From the NCBI GenBank assembly GCA_016288655.1, contig JAEEKX010000003.1, positions 6,037-70,036 of the forward strand: 64,000 bases of DNA. Reading direction: 5' to 3'. The position numbers and the translations under genes are program-made. Of this stretch, positions 19,009 through 27,618 are shown one piece after another. Below the pieces are notes generated by a model. That model saw only the letters and a program-made list of their open reading frames with translations, was not told the origin of the DNA and made no database searches. The number at the start of each line of letters is the position of its first letter. Position 1 is the first letter of the stretch. This DNA comes from Bacteroidales bacterium. GTDB lineage: Bacteria; Bacteroidota; Bacteroidia; Bacteroidales; WCHB1-69.

Positions 19009-20004
19009 TTATGGGGTTGTGGTGGACGGGGTGGCGGGTGGCGTCTGGCGTTCCTTGTCCCAGTTCTCGTAGCGTTGGATGATTTTGGTGACGAGGTGGT
19101 GTCGGACGACGTCGGAGTTGTCGAGGTAGATGAATTCTATTCCTTTGATTCCCTGTAAGATGCGACCGGCTTGAAGCAGTCCGGAGTGTTGGTTTCTAGG
19201 CAGATCGACTTGGGTGATGTCGCCGGTGATGAAGAACTTGGCGTTCTTGCCCATGCGGGTGAGGAACATCTTGAGTTGGCTTTCGGTGGCGTTCTGGGCT
19301 TCGTCGAGGATGACGTAGGCGTTGTCGAGGGTACGGCCGCGCATGAAGGCGAGGGGGGCGATCTCGATGGTCTTGTCTTCGAGGTAGGCGAGGAGTTTCG
19401 ACATGGGCATCATGTCGCGGAGGGCGTCGTAGAGGGGTTGGAGGTAGGGATCGAGTTTGTCGCGCAGGTCTCCGGGGAGGAAGCCGAGGTTCTCGCCGGC
19501 TTCGACGGCGGGGCGGGTGAGGATGATGCGTTTGATCTGCTTGTTCTTGAGGGCGCGGACGGCGAGGGCGACGGAGGTGTAGGTCTTGCCGGTGCCGGCG
19601 GGTCCGATGGCGAAGACCATGTCGTTGTGCTCGAGACTTTCGACGAGCCGTTTCTGGTTGGGGGTGAGGGCTTTGATGACCTTGCCCTCGCGGCCGTGGA
19701 GGATGACGTCGCTGCCGCCCATGCGCTCCTTGTCGAGGAGGAAGAAGTGCTCGTCTTCGTTGGCGGTGATGTTGAGAATGTCGGTTTCGGTGAGTTTCTC
19801 GAAGTGTTCGTAGTAGGCGACGAGGAGTTCAAAGCGGCTCTCGAATGTGGCGACCTCCTCGTCGGTGCCGGCGACCTTGAGCTCGTTGCCGCGGGCGGTG
19901 AGCTTGAGGGTGGGGAAGAGATTGCGCAGCAGGTCGATGTTGCGGTTGTTTTTGCCGTAGAGGCCGACGGCTGCGTGCGGGTCGATTTCGATGATTTTTT
20001 CCAT
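19009..20004 (-). CDS. phoH: PhoH-family ATPase
   Basis: GPAGTGKT, LTRPAVEAGE.LGFLPG, FMRGRTL and DEAQN motifs. Confidence 0.96.
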   Translation of the reverse strand: MEKIIEIDPHAAVGLYGKNNRNIDLLRNLFPTLKLTARGNELKVAGTDEEVATFESRFELLVAYYEHFEKLTETDILNITANEDEHFFLLDKERMGGSDVILHGREGKVIKALTPNQKRLVESLEHNDMVFAIGPAGTGKTYTSVALAVRALKNKQIKRIILTRPAVEAGENLGFLPGDLRDKLDPYLQPLYDALRDMMPMSKLLAYLEDKTIEIAPLAFMRGRTLDNAYVILDEAQNATESQLKMFLTRMGKNAKFFITGDITQVDLPRNQHSGLLQAGRILQGIKGIEFIYLDNSDVVRHHLVTKIIQRYENWDKERQTPPATPSTTTP

Positions 20005-20007
20005 GGG

Positions 20008-21042
20008 CTATTTCTCTTGTTCAATGAATCCTTGCGCCTTCAGTTCGATCTGCTTGTTGTCGTTGGAGATGAGGTTGCGGCCGCCGTTCTTCTCTCCGAT
20101 GTAGCCGATGACGGCGATCTCGTGCTCTGTCTTCACCTTTTCGTAGTCGTCTTGGCGGATGGTGAAGAGTAGTTCGTAGTCTTCGCCGCCGTTGAGGGCG
20201 ACGGTGGTGGCGACGATCTTGAGTTGGCGGAGGGTGTCGAAGGTGAGTTGCGCGAGCGGGATCTTGCCTTCATAGATGGTGCAGCCGAGGGTGTCGGGTT
20301 CGCAGAGGTGGAATAGGGAGGTGGCGAGGCCTTCGGAGACGGCGGTCATGGCGGTGGGCACGACGTCGAGTTCGCGCAGTTTGCGGATGATGTCGAGGCG
20401 GGGTTCGGGTTTGAGTTGCCGTTCGAGGAGGTACTCGTAGCCGTCGAAGTCGGGATGGCTGTTGTGGGTGGCCTCGAAGATCTGTTTCTCGCGTTGCAGG
20501 AGAAGCAGGCCGGCGTAGGCGGCGCCGAAGTCGCCGGTGGCGCAGATGAGTTCGTTCTCGCGGGCGCCGTTGCGGCGGACGAGGCGGTCGGGTTCGACGG
20601 CGCCGGTGGCGGTCATGCCGACGGTGAGCCCGGCGACGGAACTGGTGACGTCCAGCCCGGTGAGTTCCACTTCGTTGTAGTGGCAGCAGGCGCGCACGCC
20701 CGCCATGAACTCGTCGAGCGCTTCGATGGAGAAGCGGTTGGAGACGGCCAAACAGAGCGAGAGCTCCCGCGGCAGGGCGTTCATCGCCAGCACGTCGGTG
20801 AAGACGATGGTGGCGCACTTGAAGCCCAGGTGCTTCAACGGGAAATAGGTGAGGTCGAAGTGGACGTTTTCGACGAACAACTTCTGGGCGGTCACCGTCA
20901 GTTGGCCGCCGGTGTCGGTCACCATGGCGTCGTCGATGACGTGCGCGGGTGGGTTGTTTTTCTCATCATGGCCCATCAAGTGGCTGATGAGCCGATATTT
21001 ACCGAGTTGCGAGATCTCGCTTCGGATGTCTTCTTCTGCCAT
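20008..21042 (-). CDS. thiL: Thiamine-monophosphate kinase family protein (divergent active site)
   Basis: VHFDLTYFPLKHLG.K and ALNGGEDYELLFT motifs; several metal-binding Asp positions are substituted (see findings). Confidence 0.8.
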   Translation of the reverse strand: MAEEDIRSEISQLGKYRLISHLMGHDEKNNPPAHVIDDAMVTDTGGQLTVTAQKLFVENVHFDLTYFPLKHLGFKCATIVFTDVLAMNALPRELSLCLAVSNRFSIEALDEFMAGVRACCHYNEVELTGLDVTSSVAGLTVGMTATGAVEPDRLVRRNGARENELICATGDFGAAYAGLLLLQREKQIFEATHNSHPDFDGYEYLLERQLKPEPRLDIIRKLRELDVVPTAMTAVSEGLATSLFHLCEPDTLGCTIYEGKIPLAQLTFDTLRQLKIVATTVALNGGEDYELLFTIRQDDYEKVKTEHEIAVIGYIGEKNGGRNLISNDNKQIELKAQGFIEQEK

Positions 21043-21076
21043 TTTTCTATTGATTTTTTATGCCTGCAAAAATACA

Positions 21077-21110
21077 TAAAAAAACAACGGCGATTCACAT
21101 CGCCGTTGAT
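21077..21110 (-). terminator. Intrinsic terminator just upstream of the thiL promoter
   Basis: Minus strand TCAACGGCGATGTGAATCGCCGTTG followed by a T-tract. Confidence 0.7.
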
Positions 21111-21115
21111 AACCA

Positions 21116-21175
21116 TTAACCTTTAATGATACGTAAAGGATCTCTCCTTTTGTTGTTCACTTGTCTCTTACGCAT
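21116..21175 (-). CDS. Putative 19-aa basic small peptide MRKRQVNNKRRDPLRIIKG
   Basis: Read by eye: ATG at 21175 to TAA at 21116, immediately followed by the terminator. Below the ORF-track cutoff. Confidence 0.35.
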   Translation of the reverse strand: MRKRQVNNKRRDPLRIIKG

Positions 21176-21296
21176 GTTATAGACCAATGTTACAAAATTT
21201 TGAAAATTTTTTACGCATCACTATATTATACAACTGAAAAACCACAAAAATGTTGCCTGAGAGGGAAAAAAGAGAAGATATTGACATTTGCTGGGG

Positions 21297-22061
21297 GCTC
21301 GCTGCGCGAGAATTTGGGTACACGATAGAGGACGGTTGGAGATTGGGGAGATTGGGAAGATTTGAGAGATTTGAAGATTTGAAAGATTTGAGAGGTTTGA
21401 GAGATTTGAAGATTTGAGAGATTTGAGAGATTTGAAAGATTTGAGAGATTTGAGAGATTTGAGAGATTTGAAAGATTGAAGATTTGAAAGATTATTAATG
21501 CGAACGAAGTGAGTATCAAATCTGCAAATGCGAGCGCAGCGAGCTCGAATGCGAACGAAGAGAGTATCAAATAATTGAGGGATTTGAGAGATTTGAAAGA
21601 TTTGAAGATTTGAAAGATTATTAATGCGAACGAAGTGAGTATCAAATCTGCAAATGCGAACGCAGCGAGCTCGAATACGAACGAAGTGAGTATCAAATAA
21701 TTGAAAGATTTGAAGATTTGAGAGATTATTAATGCGAACGAAGAGAGAATCAAATCTGCAAATGCGAGCGTAGCGAGCTCAAATGCGAACGAAGTGAGTA
21801 TCAAATAATTGAGAGATTTGAAAGATTTGAGAGATTTGAGAGATTATTAATGCGAACGAAGAGAGTATCAAATCTGCAAATGCGAGTGCAGCGAGCTCAA
21901 ATACGAACGAAGTGAGTATCAAATAATTGAGAGATTTGAGAGATTTGAAGATTTGAAAGATTATTAATGCGAACGAAGAGAGAATCAAATCTGCAAATGC
22001 ACGCGCAGCGAGCTCGAATACGAACGAAGTGAGCAGAATCCCAAATCCGAGCGCAGCGAGC
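21297..22061 (+). repeat. Composite repeat array: five 86-bp modules (last truncated) separated and preceded by GATTTGAGA/GATTTGAAA/GATTTGAA runs, with imperfect terminal inverted repeats
   Basis: Modules ATTATTAATGCGAACGAAGWGAG...AAATAATT start at 21491, 21617, 21725, 21843 and 21960. Inverted repeats at 21297-21318 and 22040-22061. Confidence 0.95.
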
Positions 22062-22187
22062 AGAATCCCAAAATCTTTGCGAATTCGTGATATTATTCCA
22101 AAAAAAATTCGTACTTTAGCGGCCGTGATATGTAAAAAATCAAAATATTGATAATCAACCTATTAAAAAACTTAAATTCTAAACATT

Positions 22188-22409
22188 ATGGCATTTAAAG
22201 GAGCTTTAGTCATTGACACGGAAAAGTGCAAGGGTTGTGGCGTCTGCATCACCGGGTGCCCGAACCAGTGCATCGCGCTTTCCAAACATGTAAATGCGAA
22301 GGGTTACAACTACCTTGAGATGGTCCAGGAGGACAAGTGCATTGGCTGTGCCAGTTGCGCGGTGATCTGTCCCGACGGCGTGATTGAGGTCTATCGTGCG
22401 AAGGAGTAA
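22188..22409 (+). CDS. 2x[4Fe-4S] ferredoxin, delta subunit of 2-oxoacid:ferredoxin oxidoreductase
   Basis: CKGCGVC...CP and CIGCASC...CP motifs; first gene of the operon. Confidence 0.93.
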   Translation: MAFKGALVIDTEKCKGCGVCITGCPNQCIALSKHVNAKGYNYLEMVQEDKCIGCASCAVICPDGVIEVYRAKE

Positions 22410-22461
22410 TCCTATTCCCGTGAGAAACAAAAACAACAATTAACAACTAAACAATTTAGAA

Positions 22462-23541
22462 ATGGCAAAAGAATTAAAATTAATGAAGGGTAATCAGGCC
22501 ATCGCGGAGGCGGCGATTCGCTGCGGCTGCGACGGATACTTCGGATATCCGATCACTCCTCAGAGTGAGGTTCTCGAGCACCTGATGGCCGAGCGGCCGT
22601 ATCTGACCACCGGCATGGTCGTTCTTCAGGCCGAGAGTGAGCTGGCTTCCATCAACATGGTGTATGCCGGTGCTTCTTGCGGCAAGCGCGTCATGACGTC
22701 TTCGTCTTCCCCTGGCTTTTCTTTGATGCAGGAAGGTCTTTCCTATATCGCCGGCGCTGAACTGCCCGCATTGTGTGTCAACGTCGTCCGCGGCGGCCCA
22801 GGCCTCGGCACCATCCAGCCCTCCCAGTCCGACTATTTCCAGACCACCAAGGGCGGCGGTCACGGCGACTATCGTCTGATCACCCTCGCCCCTGCGTCCG
22901 TGCAGGAGATGTACGACTTCGTGGAACTCGGCTTCGACCTCGCCTTCAAGTATCGCAACCCGGTCGCCATCCTCTCCGACGGTGTCATCGGCCAGGTGAT
23001 GGAGAAGGTGATGGTGGACGACTACAAGCCGCGTTGGACCAACGAGTACATTGAGAAGAACTGCCCGTGGGCGGCCACCGGCCATCGTTCCACCGGCAAG
23101 CACAGAATTGTCACTTCCCTCGAACTCGAAGCCCTCAAGCAGGAAGCCATCAACGAGCGCATCCAGGCCAAGTACCGCAAGTGCGAGGAGGAGGATGCCC
23201 GCTATGAGGCCATCCAGTGTGACGACGCCGAATACCTGTTCGTGGCTTACGGCTCCGCTGCCCGTATCTGTATGAAATCCATTGAGTTGGCTCGCGCAGA
23301 AGGCATCAAGGTCGGCCTGGTCCGCCCGATTACCCTGTGGCCCTTCCCGACGAAAGCCGTGGCAGAAATCGGCGGCCGCGTGAAGAAGATCCTGAGCGTG
23401 GAGATGAACGCCGGCCAGATGATGGAGGACGTCAAACTCGCCGTCAACTGCAAGGTGCCCGTCGAGCATTACGGCCGTTACGGCGGCGTCATCCCGACCC
23501 CGATCGAGATTCTGGATGCTTTGAAAAAAATGGTTAAATAA
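22462..23541 (+). CDS. vorB: 2-oxoacid:ferredoxin oxidoreductase alpha subunit (3-methyl-2-oxobutanoate dehydrogenase VorB-type)
   Basis: GYPITPQSE, QAESE, TSSSSPG.SL..E, RGGPGLG and EMNAGQM motifs. Confidence 0.9.
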   Translation: MAKELKLMKGNQAIAEAAIRCGCDGYFGYPITPQSEVLEHLMAERPYLTTGMVVLQAESELASINMVYAGASCGKRVMTSSSSPGFSLMQEGLSYIAGAELPALCVNVVRGGPGLGTIQPSQSDYFQTTKGGGHGDYRLITLAPASVQEMYDFVELGFDLAFKYRNPVAILSDGVIGQVMEKVMVDDYKPRWTNEYIEKNCPWAATGHRSTGKHRIVTSLELEALKQEAINERIQAKYRKCEEEDARYEAIQCDDAEYLFVAYGSAARICMKSIELARAEGIKVGLVRPITLWPFPTKAVAEIGGRVKKILSVEMNAGQMMEDVKLAVNCKVPVEHYGRYGGVIPTPIEILDALKKMVK

Positions 23542-23558
23542 TTTAATGCTTTGAAATT

Positions 23559-24401
23559 ATGACAAGAGAAGAGATAATCAAACCTGAAAACTTAGTGTAC
23601 AGACGCACGCCGGTCCTCACCGACAACGTCATGCACTACTGCCCTGGCTGCGGCCATGGTGTGGTTCACAGAATCATCGCCGAGGTCATTGAAGAGATGG
23701 GCATCCAAGACAACGTGGTGGGCATCTCCCCGGTAGGTTGCTCCGTGTTGGCGTACAACTACTTCGACGTTGACTTTGTGGAGGCGGCCCACGGTCGTGC
23801 TCCGGCGTGCGCCAGCGCCATCAAGCGCCTGCGCCCCGAGACCTTCGTGTTCTCGTACCAGGGCGACGGCGACCTGGCCTCCATCGGCTGCGCCGAGGTG
23901 ATGCACGCTTGCAACCGCGGCGAGAACATCACGATGATCTTCATCAACAACGGCATCTACGGCATGACCGGCGGTCAGATGGCTCCCACCACCCTTGAGG
24001 GTATGGAGACCGTGACCAGTCCCTACGGCCGTGATCCCGAGATCATGGGTCATACGATGCGTCTCACCGAGGTCCTGGCTCAACTGCCCGGCACTTACTA
24101 CGTGACCCGTCAGGCGGTCTATACCCCGGCTTTGGCCCGCAAGTGCAAACGCGCCATCCGCCAGGCCTTCGAAAACCAGAAGCTCAACAAGGGCGTCTCC
24201 TTCGTGGAAGTCACCTCCAACTGCAACTCCGGCTGGAAGATGACCCCCGTGCAGGCCAACAAGTGGATGGAAGAGAACACGCTCAAGTACTTCCCGCTCG
24301 GCGACATGAAAGTTGACGGCAAGTTCGATCCCAAGTTCATCGAGCGCGTTGCCACGTTCGACCAGCCCAACGAAACCCGTTTCTCCTTGAGAAGCAAGTA
24401 A
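23559..24401 (+). CDS. 2-oxoacid:ferredoxin oxidoreductase beta (TPP-binding) subunit
   Basis: YCPGCGHG, VGC, HGRA and GDGD...NNGIYGMTGGQ motifs. Confidence 0.93.
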   Translation: MTREEIIKPENLVYRRTPVLTDNVMHYCPGCGHGVVHRIIAEVIEEMGIQDNVVGISPVGCSVLAYNYFDVDFVEAAHGRAPACASAIKRLRPETFVFSYQGDGDLASIGCAEVMHACNRGENITMIFINNGIYGMTGGQMAPTTLEGMETVTSPYGRDPEIMGHTMRLTEVLAQLPGTYYVTRQAVYTPALARKCKRAIRQAFENQKLNKGVSFVEVTSNCNSGWKMTPVQANKWMEENTLKYFPLGDMKVDGKFDPKFIERVATFDQPNETRFSLRSK

Positions 24402-24422
24402 TTAATTAAAAAATCAAGAACA

Positions 24423-24974
24423 ATGACAGAAGAAATAATTATCGCAGGCTTCGGCGGGCAAGGCGTCCTCTCCATGGCTACGATCTTGGCCTACGCCGGC
24501 ATCATGCAAGACAAAGAGGTGAGCTGGCTCCCCTCGTACGGTCCGGAAATGCGTGGTGGCACCTCCAATGTCACGGTCATCCTCAGCGATGAGCGCATCT
24601 GCTCCCCCTACCTGAACCAGTTCGACACCGCCATCATCCTCAACCAGCAGTCCATGGACAAGTTCGAATCGTCGGTGAAACCTGGCGGTTTGCTGATCTA
24701 TGACCCCAACGGCATCACCAACCACCCAACCCGCAAGGACATCAACATCTACCAGGTGGCTGCCGCCGACAAGGCCAACGAACTCGGCATCTCCAAACTG
24801 TTCAACATGATCGTTCTCGGTGGATTTTTGGCAGTGAAACCGCTCGTCACCCCCGAAATGTTGCACAAGGGACTGGAGAAGTCGCTTCCCGAACGTCACC
24901 ACCACCTCATTCCCAAGAACGAGGAGGCCGTGGAGATCGGCAAGGGCTTGCTGAAACCCTATCACACCTTGTAA
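24423..24974 (+). CDS. 2-oxoacid:ferredoxin oxidoreductase gamma subunit
   Basis: AGFGGQG, PSYGPEMRGG and NMIVLG motifs. Confidence 0.93.
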   Translation: MTEEIIIAGFGGQGVLSMATILAYAGIMQDKEVSWLPSYGPEMRGGTSNVTVILSDERICSPYLNQFDTAIILNQQSMDKFESSVKPGGLLIYDPNGITNHPTRKDINIYQVAAADKANELGISKLFNMIVLGGFLAVKPLVTPEMLHKGLEKSLPERHHHLIPKNEEAVEIGKGLLKPYHTL

Positions 24975-24990
24975 CCCATTGGGTGATAAT

Positions 24991-25022
24991 AAAAAAGGCG
25001 ACCGAAAGGTCGCCTTTTTTTT
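24991..25022. terminator. Bidirectional intrinsic terminator between the oxidoreductase operon and tRNA-Pro
   Basis: AAAAAAGGCGACC-GAAA-GGTCGCCTTTTTTTT. Confidence 0.9.
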
Positions 25023-25027
25023 GAACG

Positions 25028-25101
25028 TCGGGGTGAGAAGACTCGAACTTCCGACCCCTTGCACCCCATGCAAGTACGCTAGCCAACTGCGCCACACCCC
25101 G
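25028..25101 (-). tRNA. tRNA-Pro(GGG)
   Basis: CGGGGTG acceptor stem, anticodon arm CTTGC-AT GGG GT-GCAAG, GTTCGAGTC T-loop; CCA not encoded; -7 box at 25118-25125. Confidence 0.95.
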
Positions 25102-25357
25102 TTCAAATTTGCGAGTGCAAAAGTAGGAAAATTTTCAATACGCGCAACCCTTTTCTAAAAAATTTTTTTCAAGTAGAAAAAATGAGGTCGGAGAATGGAA
25201 AAAAACAATAAAAGTCCGCGATTTTAATACCCAAAATGACTAATTCCATTTTTTCAAGCATAAAAATGATCACTTAATTCCATAAAAGCCAGCTGTTTTG
25301 ATGAAAGAAAAAAATACGTATTTTTGCAGTCGTAAGATTGAAAATTGCAACCGCCTT

Positions 25358-25927
25358 ATGCAGACCAAGTTAATCGTTGTATCCGCCCCGTCGGGCGCCG
25401 GCAAGACGTCCATTGTCCGCCACTTGCTTGAGAAGTTTCCGGAACTCTCTTTCTCCGTTTCCGCCACCACCCGTGCCAAACGCGGCATGGAGGTTGATGG
25501 CCACGACTACTATTTCATCAGCGTGCCGGAGTTTCAGAGCCGCATTGAGAACGGCGCTTTCTTAGAGTGGCAGGAGGTGTATGCAGGCCAGTACTATGGC
25601 TCGTTGAAGTCGGAGGTGGACCGCTTGGGCGCCGAGGGCAAGGTGGTGATCTTTGATGTGGACGTGCTGGGCGGGCTCAACATCAAGAAGTACTACGGCG
25701 ACCGCGCTCTGTCGGTCTTCATCCAGCCGCCGACGCTGGAGAGTCTGGGAGAGCGGCTGAGGGGCCGCGGCACCGAGACGCCCGAGTCGCTCAAGAAGCG
25801 CCTCGACAAGGCGGCCTACGAACTCTCCTTCGCACCGCAGTTCGACGTGGTGGTGGTGAACGACGACCTGCCGACCGCGCAGCGTGAGGCCGAGAACCAT
25901 ATCCATCAGTTCCTATGCCAAAAGTAG
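25358..25927 (+). CDS. gmk: Guanylate kinase
   Basis: SAPSGAGKT, SATTR..R..E.DG.DYYF and YYG motifs. Start set downstream of the -7 box at 25319-25326. Confidence 0.96.
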   Translation: MQTKLIVVSAPSGAGKTSIVRHLLEKFPELSFSVSATTRAKRGMEVDGHDYYFISVPEFQSRIENGAFLEWQEVYAGQYYGSLKSEVDRLGAEGKVVIFDVDVLGGLNIKKYYGDRALSVFIQPPTLESLGERLRGRGTETPESLKKRLDKAAYELSFAPQFDVVVVNDDLPTAQREAENHIHQFLCQK

Positions 25928-26496
25928 GCCTTTTCTTCGGATCTTTCAACCCCATCCATATCGGGCATCTCATCATGGCCGAATATTTCGTGGAGAACAC
26001 CGACCTGGCGGAGGTGTGGTTCGTGGTTTCCCCCAACAACCCGCTGAAGCAGAAGAGTTCGCTGTTGAGTGCGGCGCAGCGGCTCTACATGGTGAACTTA
26101 GCTGTGGAGGACGACGCCCGTTTCCGCTCTTCCGACATCGAGTTCCACTTGCCGCTGCCCTCCTACACCTGCCACACGCTGGTGCACTTGCAGGAGAAGT
26201 ACCCGCAGAAGGAGTTCGTGCTGATCATGGGGGAGGACAACCTGGAGAGTATCGAGAAGTGGAAGAACTACCAGTATATCCTAGACAATTACAATATATA
26301 TGTCTATCCGCGTCCGGGCAGTGACGGCGGGAAGTGGAAGGATGCACCGAAGGTGAGGATGGTGCCGGCGCCGCAGATCGGCATCTCGGCCACGATGATC
26401 CGCGAGGCGATTGCCGCGGGGCGGTCGGTGCGGTACTTCCTGCATCCGAAGGTGGCGGAGTGCATCGACGAGATGGGATTTTACAAGAAGTTATAG
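25915..26496 (+). CDS. nadD: Nicotinate-nucleotide adenylyltransferase
   Basis: GSFNPIHIGH, SYT, MGEDN and ISAT.IR motifs. Confidence 0.96.
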   Translation: MPKVGLFFGSFNPIHIGHLIMAEYFVENTDLAEVWFVVSPNNPLKQKSSLLSAAQRLYMVNLAVEDDARFRSSDIEFHLPLPSYTCHTLVHLQEKYPQKEFVLIMGEDNLESIEKWKNYQYILDNYNIYVYPRPGSDGGKWKDAPKVRMVPAPQIGISATMIREAIAAGRSVRYFLHPKVAECIDEMGFYKKL

Positions 26497-26523
26497 GTTG
26501 GCGCTGAGAACGCACGCCTTTTG

Positions 26524-27618
26524 TCATTTTCGTGCCACTTTGTTCCGAAGCAGCATGAACCATCGTTCTACGGCAAGGTACAGGACCAAGGTGAGAAGAA
26601 TCGTGGCGAGCCAGAAACAGAGGTAAGTCGTGACTCCGTGGGCATGGGAGAAGTCGGCGAAGTGGGTGTCGATGATCTGGCAGGCCAGCAGGTTGGTGAG
26701 AAACATGGCGTAGGAGAGCAGACTCAAGGCGGTGATGGGGCGACTGATGGCGGTCGGTGCACTCTCCCACGAGGTGAGTGCGGGCAGCATCAGTCCGATG
26801 GCGATCGCGGTGAGGATGGGGTATATGATGTTGATGTAGGTGGCGCTCACCTCGTGGGGGATGAAGAGCACGGCGGCCATCACCGCGGCTCCGGCCGCGA
26901 GGGACACCCACCGGTGTCGCTTCCAGCCGTCGGAATGGTAACGGGCGAACCAGGCGGCCAGTACTCCGACGTAGATCGTGTCCGTGCGGCTGAACACCGT
27001 CTTGCGGATCCAGATGTCCCAGTCGAATGTGCTGTTCACGTGTTCGGACACCGAGATGCGGAATAGTGTAGAGCCGATGATGACGGCGGCGACCAGTCCG
27101 GGGACGGCTTTGGGACCGAATGTGCGATGCAGGAGGAGCATCAGCAGGGGAAAGCAGAGGTAGAACCACCATTGCACCGGAGTGGACCACGACTCCCAGT
27201 AAAAGCCCATGAAGGGGGTGGAGATGTTTTGCGTAAGGGTGGCGAAACGCCATAGCGGTGTTGATTCCATATTGCCGGGGATGACGCCCGTGCTGACCAC
27301 CAGGATATAGACGGCCAGCATGAGGAGGTAGTCGGGAAGGATGCGCAGGGCTGTCCGGAGATAGAAGCGGGGTGTGGCTTTGAGCAGCGTGTCTGTGCCT
27401 TGGTCCGCGTATTTCATGATGGAGCGTCCGATAAGGTAGCCGCTGAGTACGAAAAAAAGGTCCACGCCGTGAGGCAGGTGGAGGTTGCCCAGCCAGTCGA
27501 GCGACGTGCCGTAAATGAAGTGCTTGCCATGTCCGTGCACCACGCAGATGATGGCGAATGCCCGGAGCAGGTCTAATCCGAAGATGCGGTTATTAGTGCC
27601 AGAGACAAAGAGGTTCAT
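26524..27618 (-). CDS. Acyltransferase-3 family membrane O-acyltransferase (OafA-like)
   Basis: GLDLLRAFA, GVDLFFVLSGYLI, R..RI.P.Y and SYAMFL motifs. Confidence 0.9.
   Translation of the reverse strand: MNLFVSGTNNRIFGLDLLRAFAIICVVHGHGKHFIYGTSLDWLGNLHLPHGVDLFFVLSGYLIGRSIMKYADQGTDTLLKATPRFYLRTALRILPDYLLMLAVYILVVSTGVIPGNMESTPLWRFATLTQNISTPFMGFYWESWSTPVQWWFYLCFPLLMLLLHRTFGPKAVPGLVAAVIIGSTLFRISVSEHVNSTFDWDIWIRKTVFSRTDTIYVGVLAAWFARYHSDGWKRHRWVSLAAGAAVMAAVLFIPHEVSATYINIIYPILTAIAIGLMLPALTSWESAPTAISRPITALSLLSYAMFLTNLLACQIIDTHFADFSHAHGVTTYLCFWLATILLTLVLYLAVERWFMLLRNKVARK

Noticed and set aside
21226-21988. Repeat-encoded hydrophobic ORFs (21226..21804, 21779..21988; also 3899..4216)
   Set aside because: They are translations of the repeat with non-ATG starts and no promoter seen. 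The 118-nt period breaks the frame, and the variation fits DNA pairing better than coding. Three of four periods being multiples of 3 was noted but is weak evidence.
21491-22034. CRISPR array
   Set aside because: The repeats are 86 bp, the linkers are low-complexity tandem units rather than unique spacers, and no cas genes are present.
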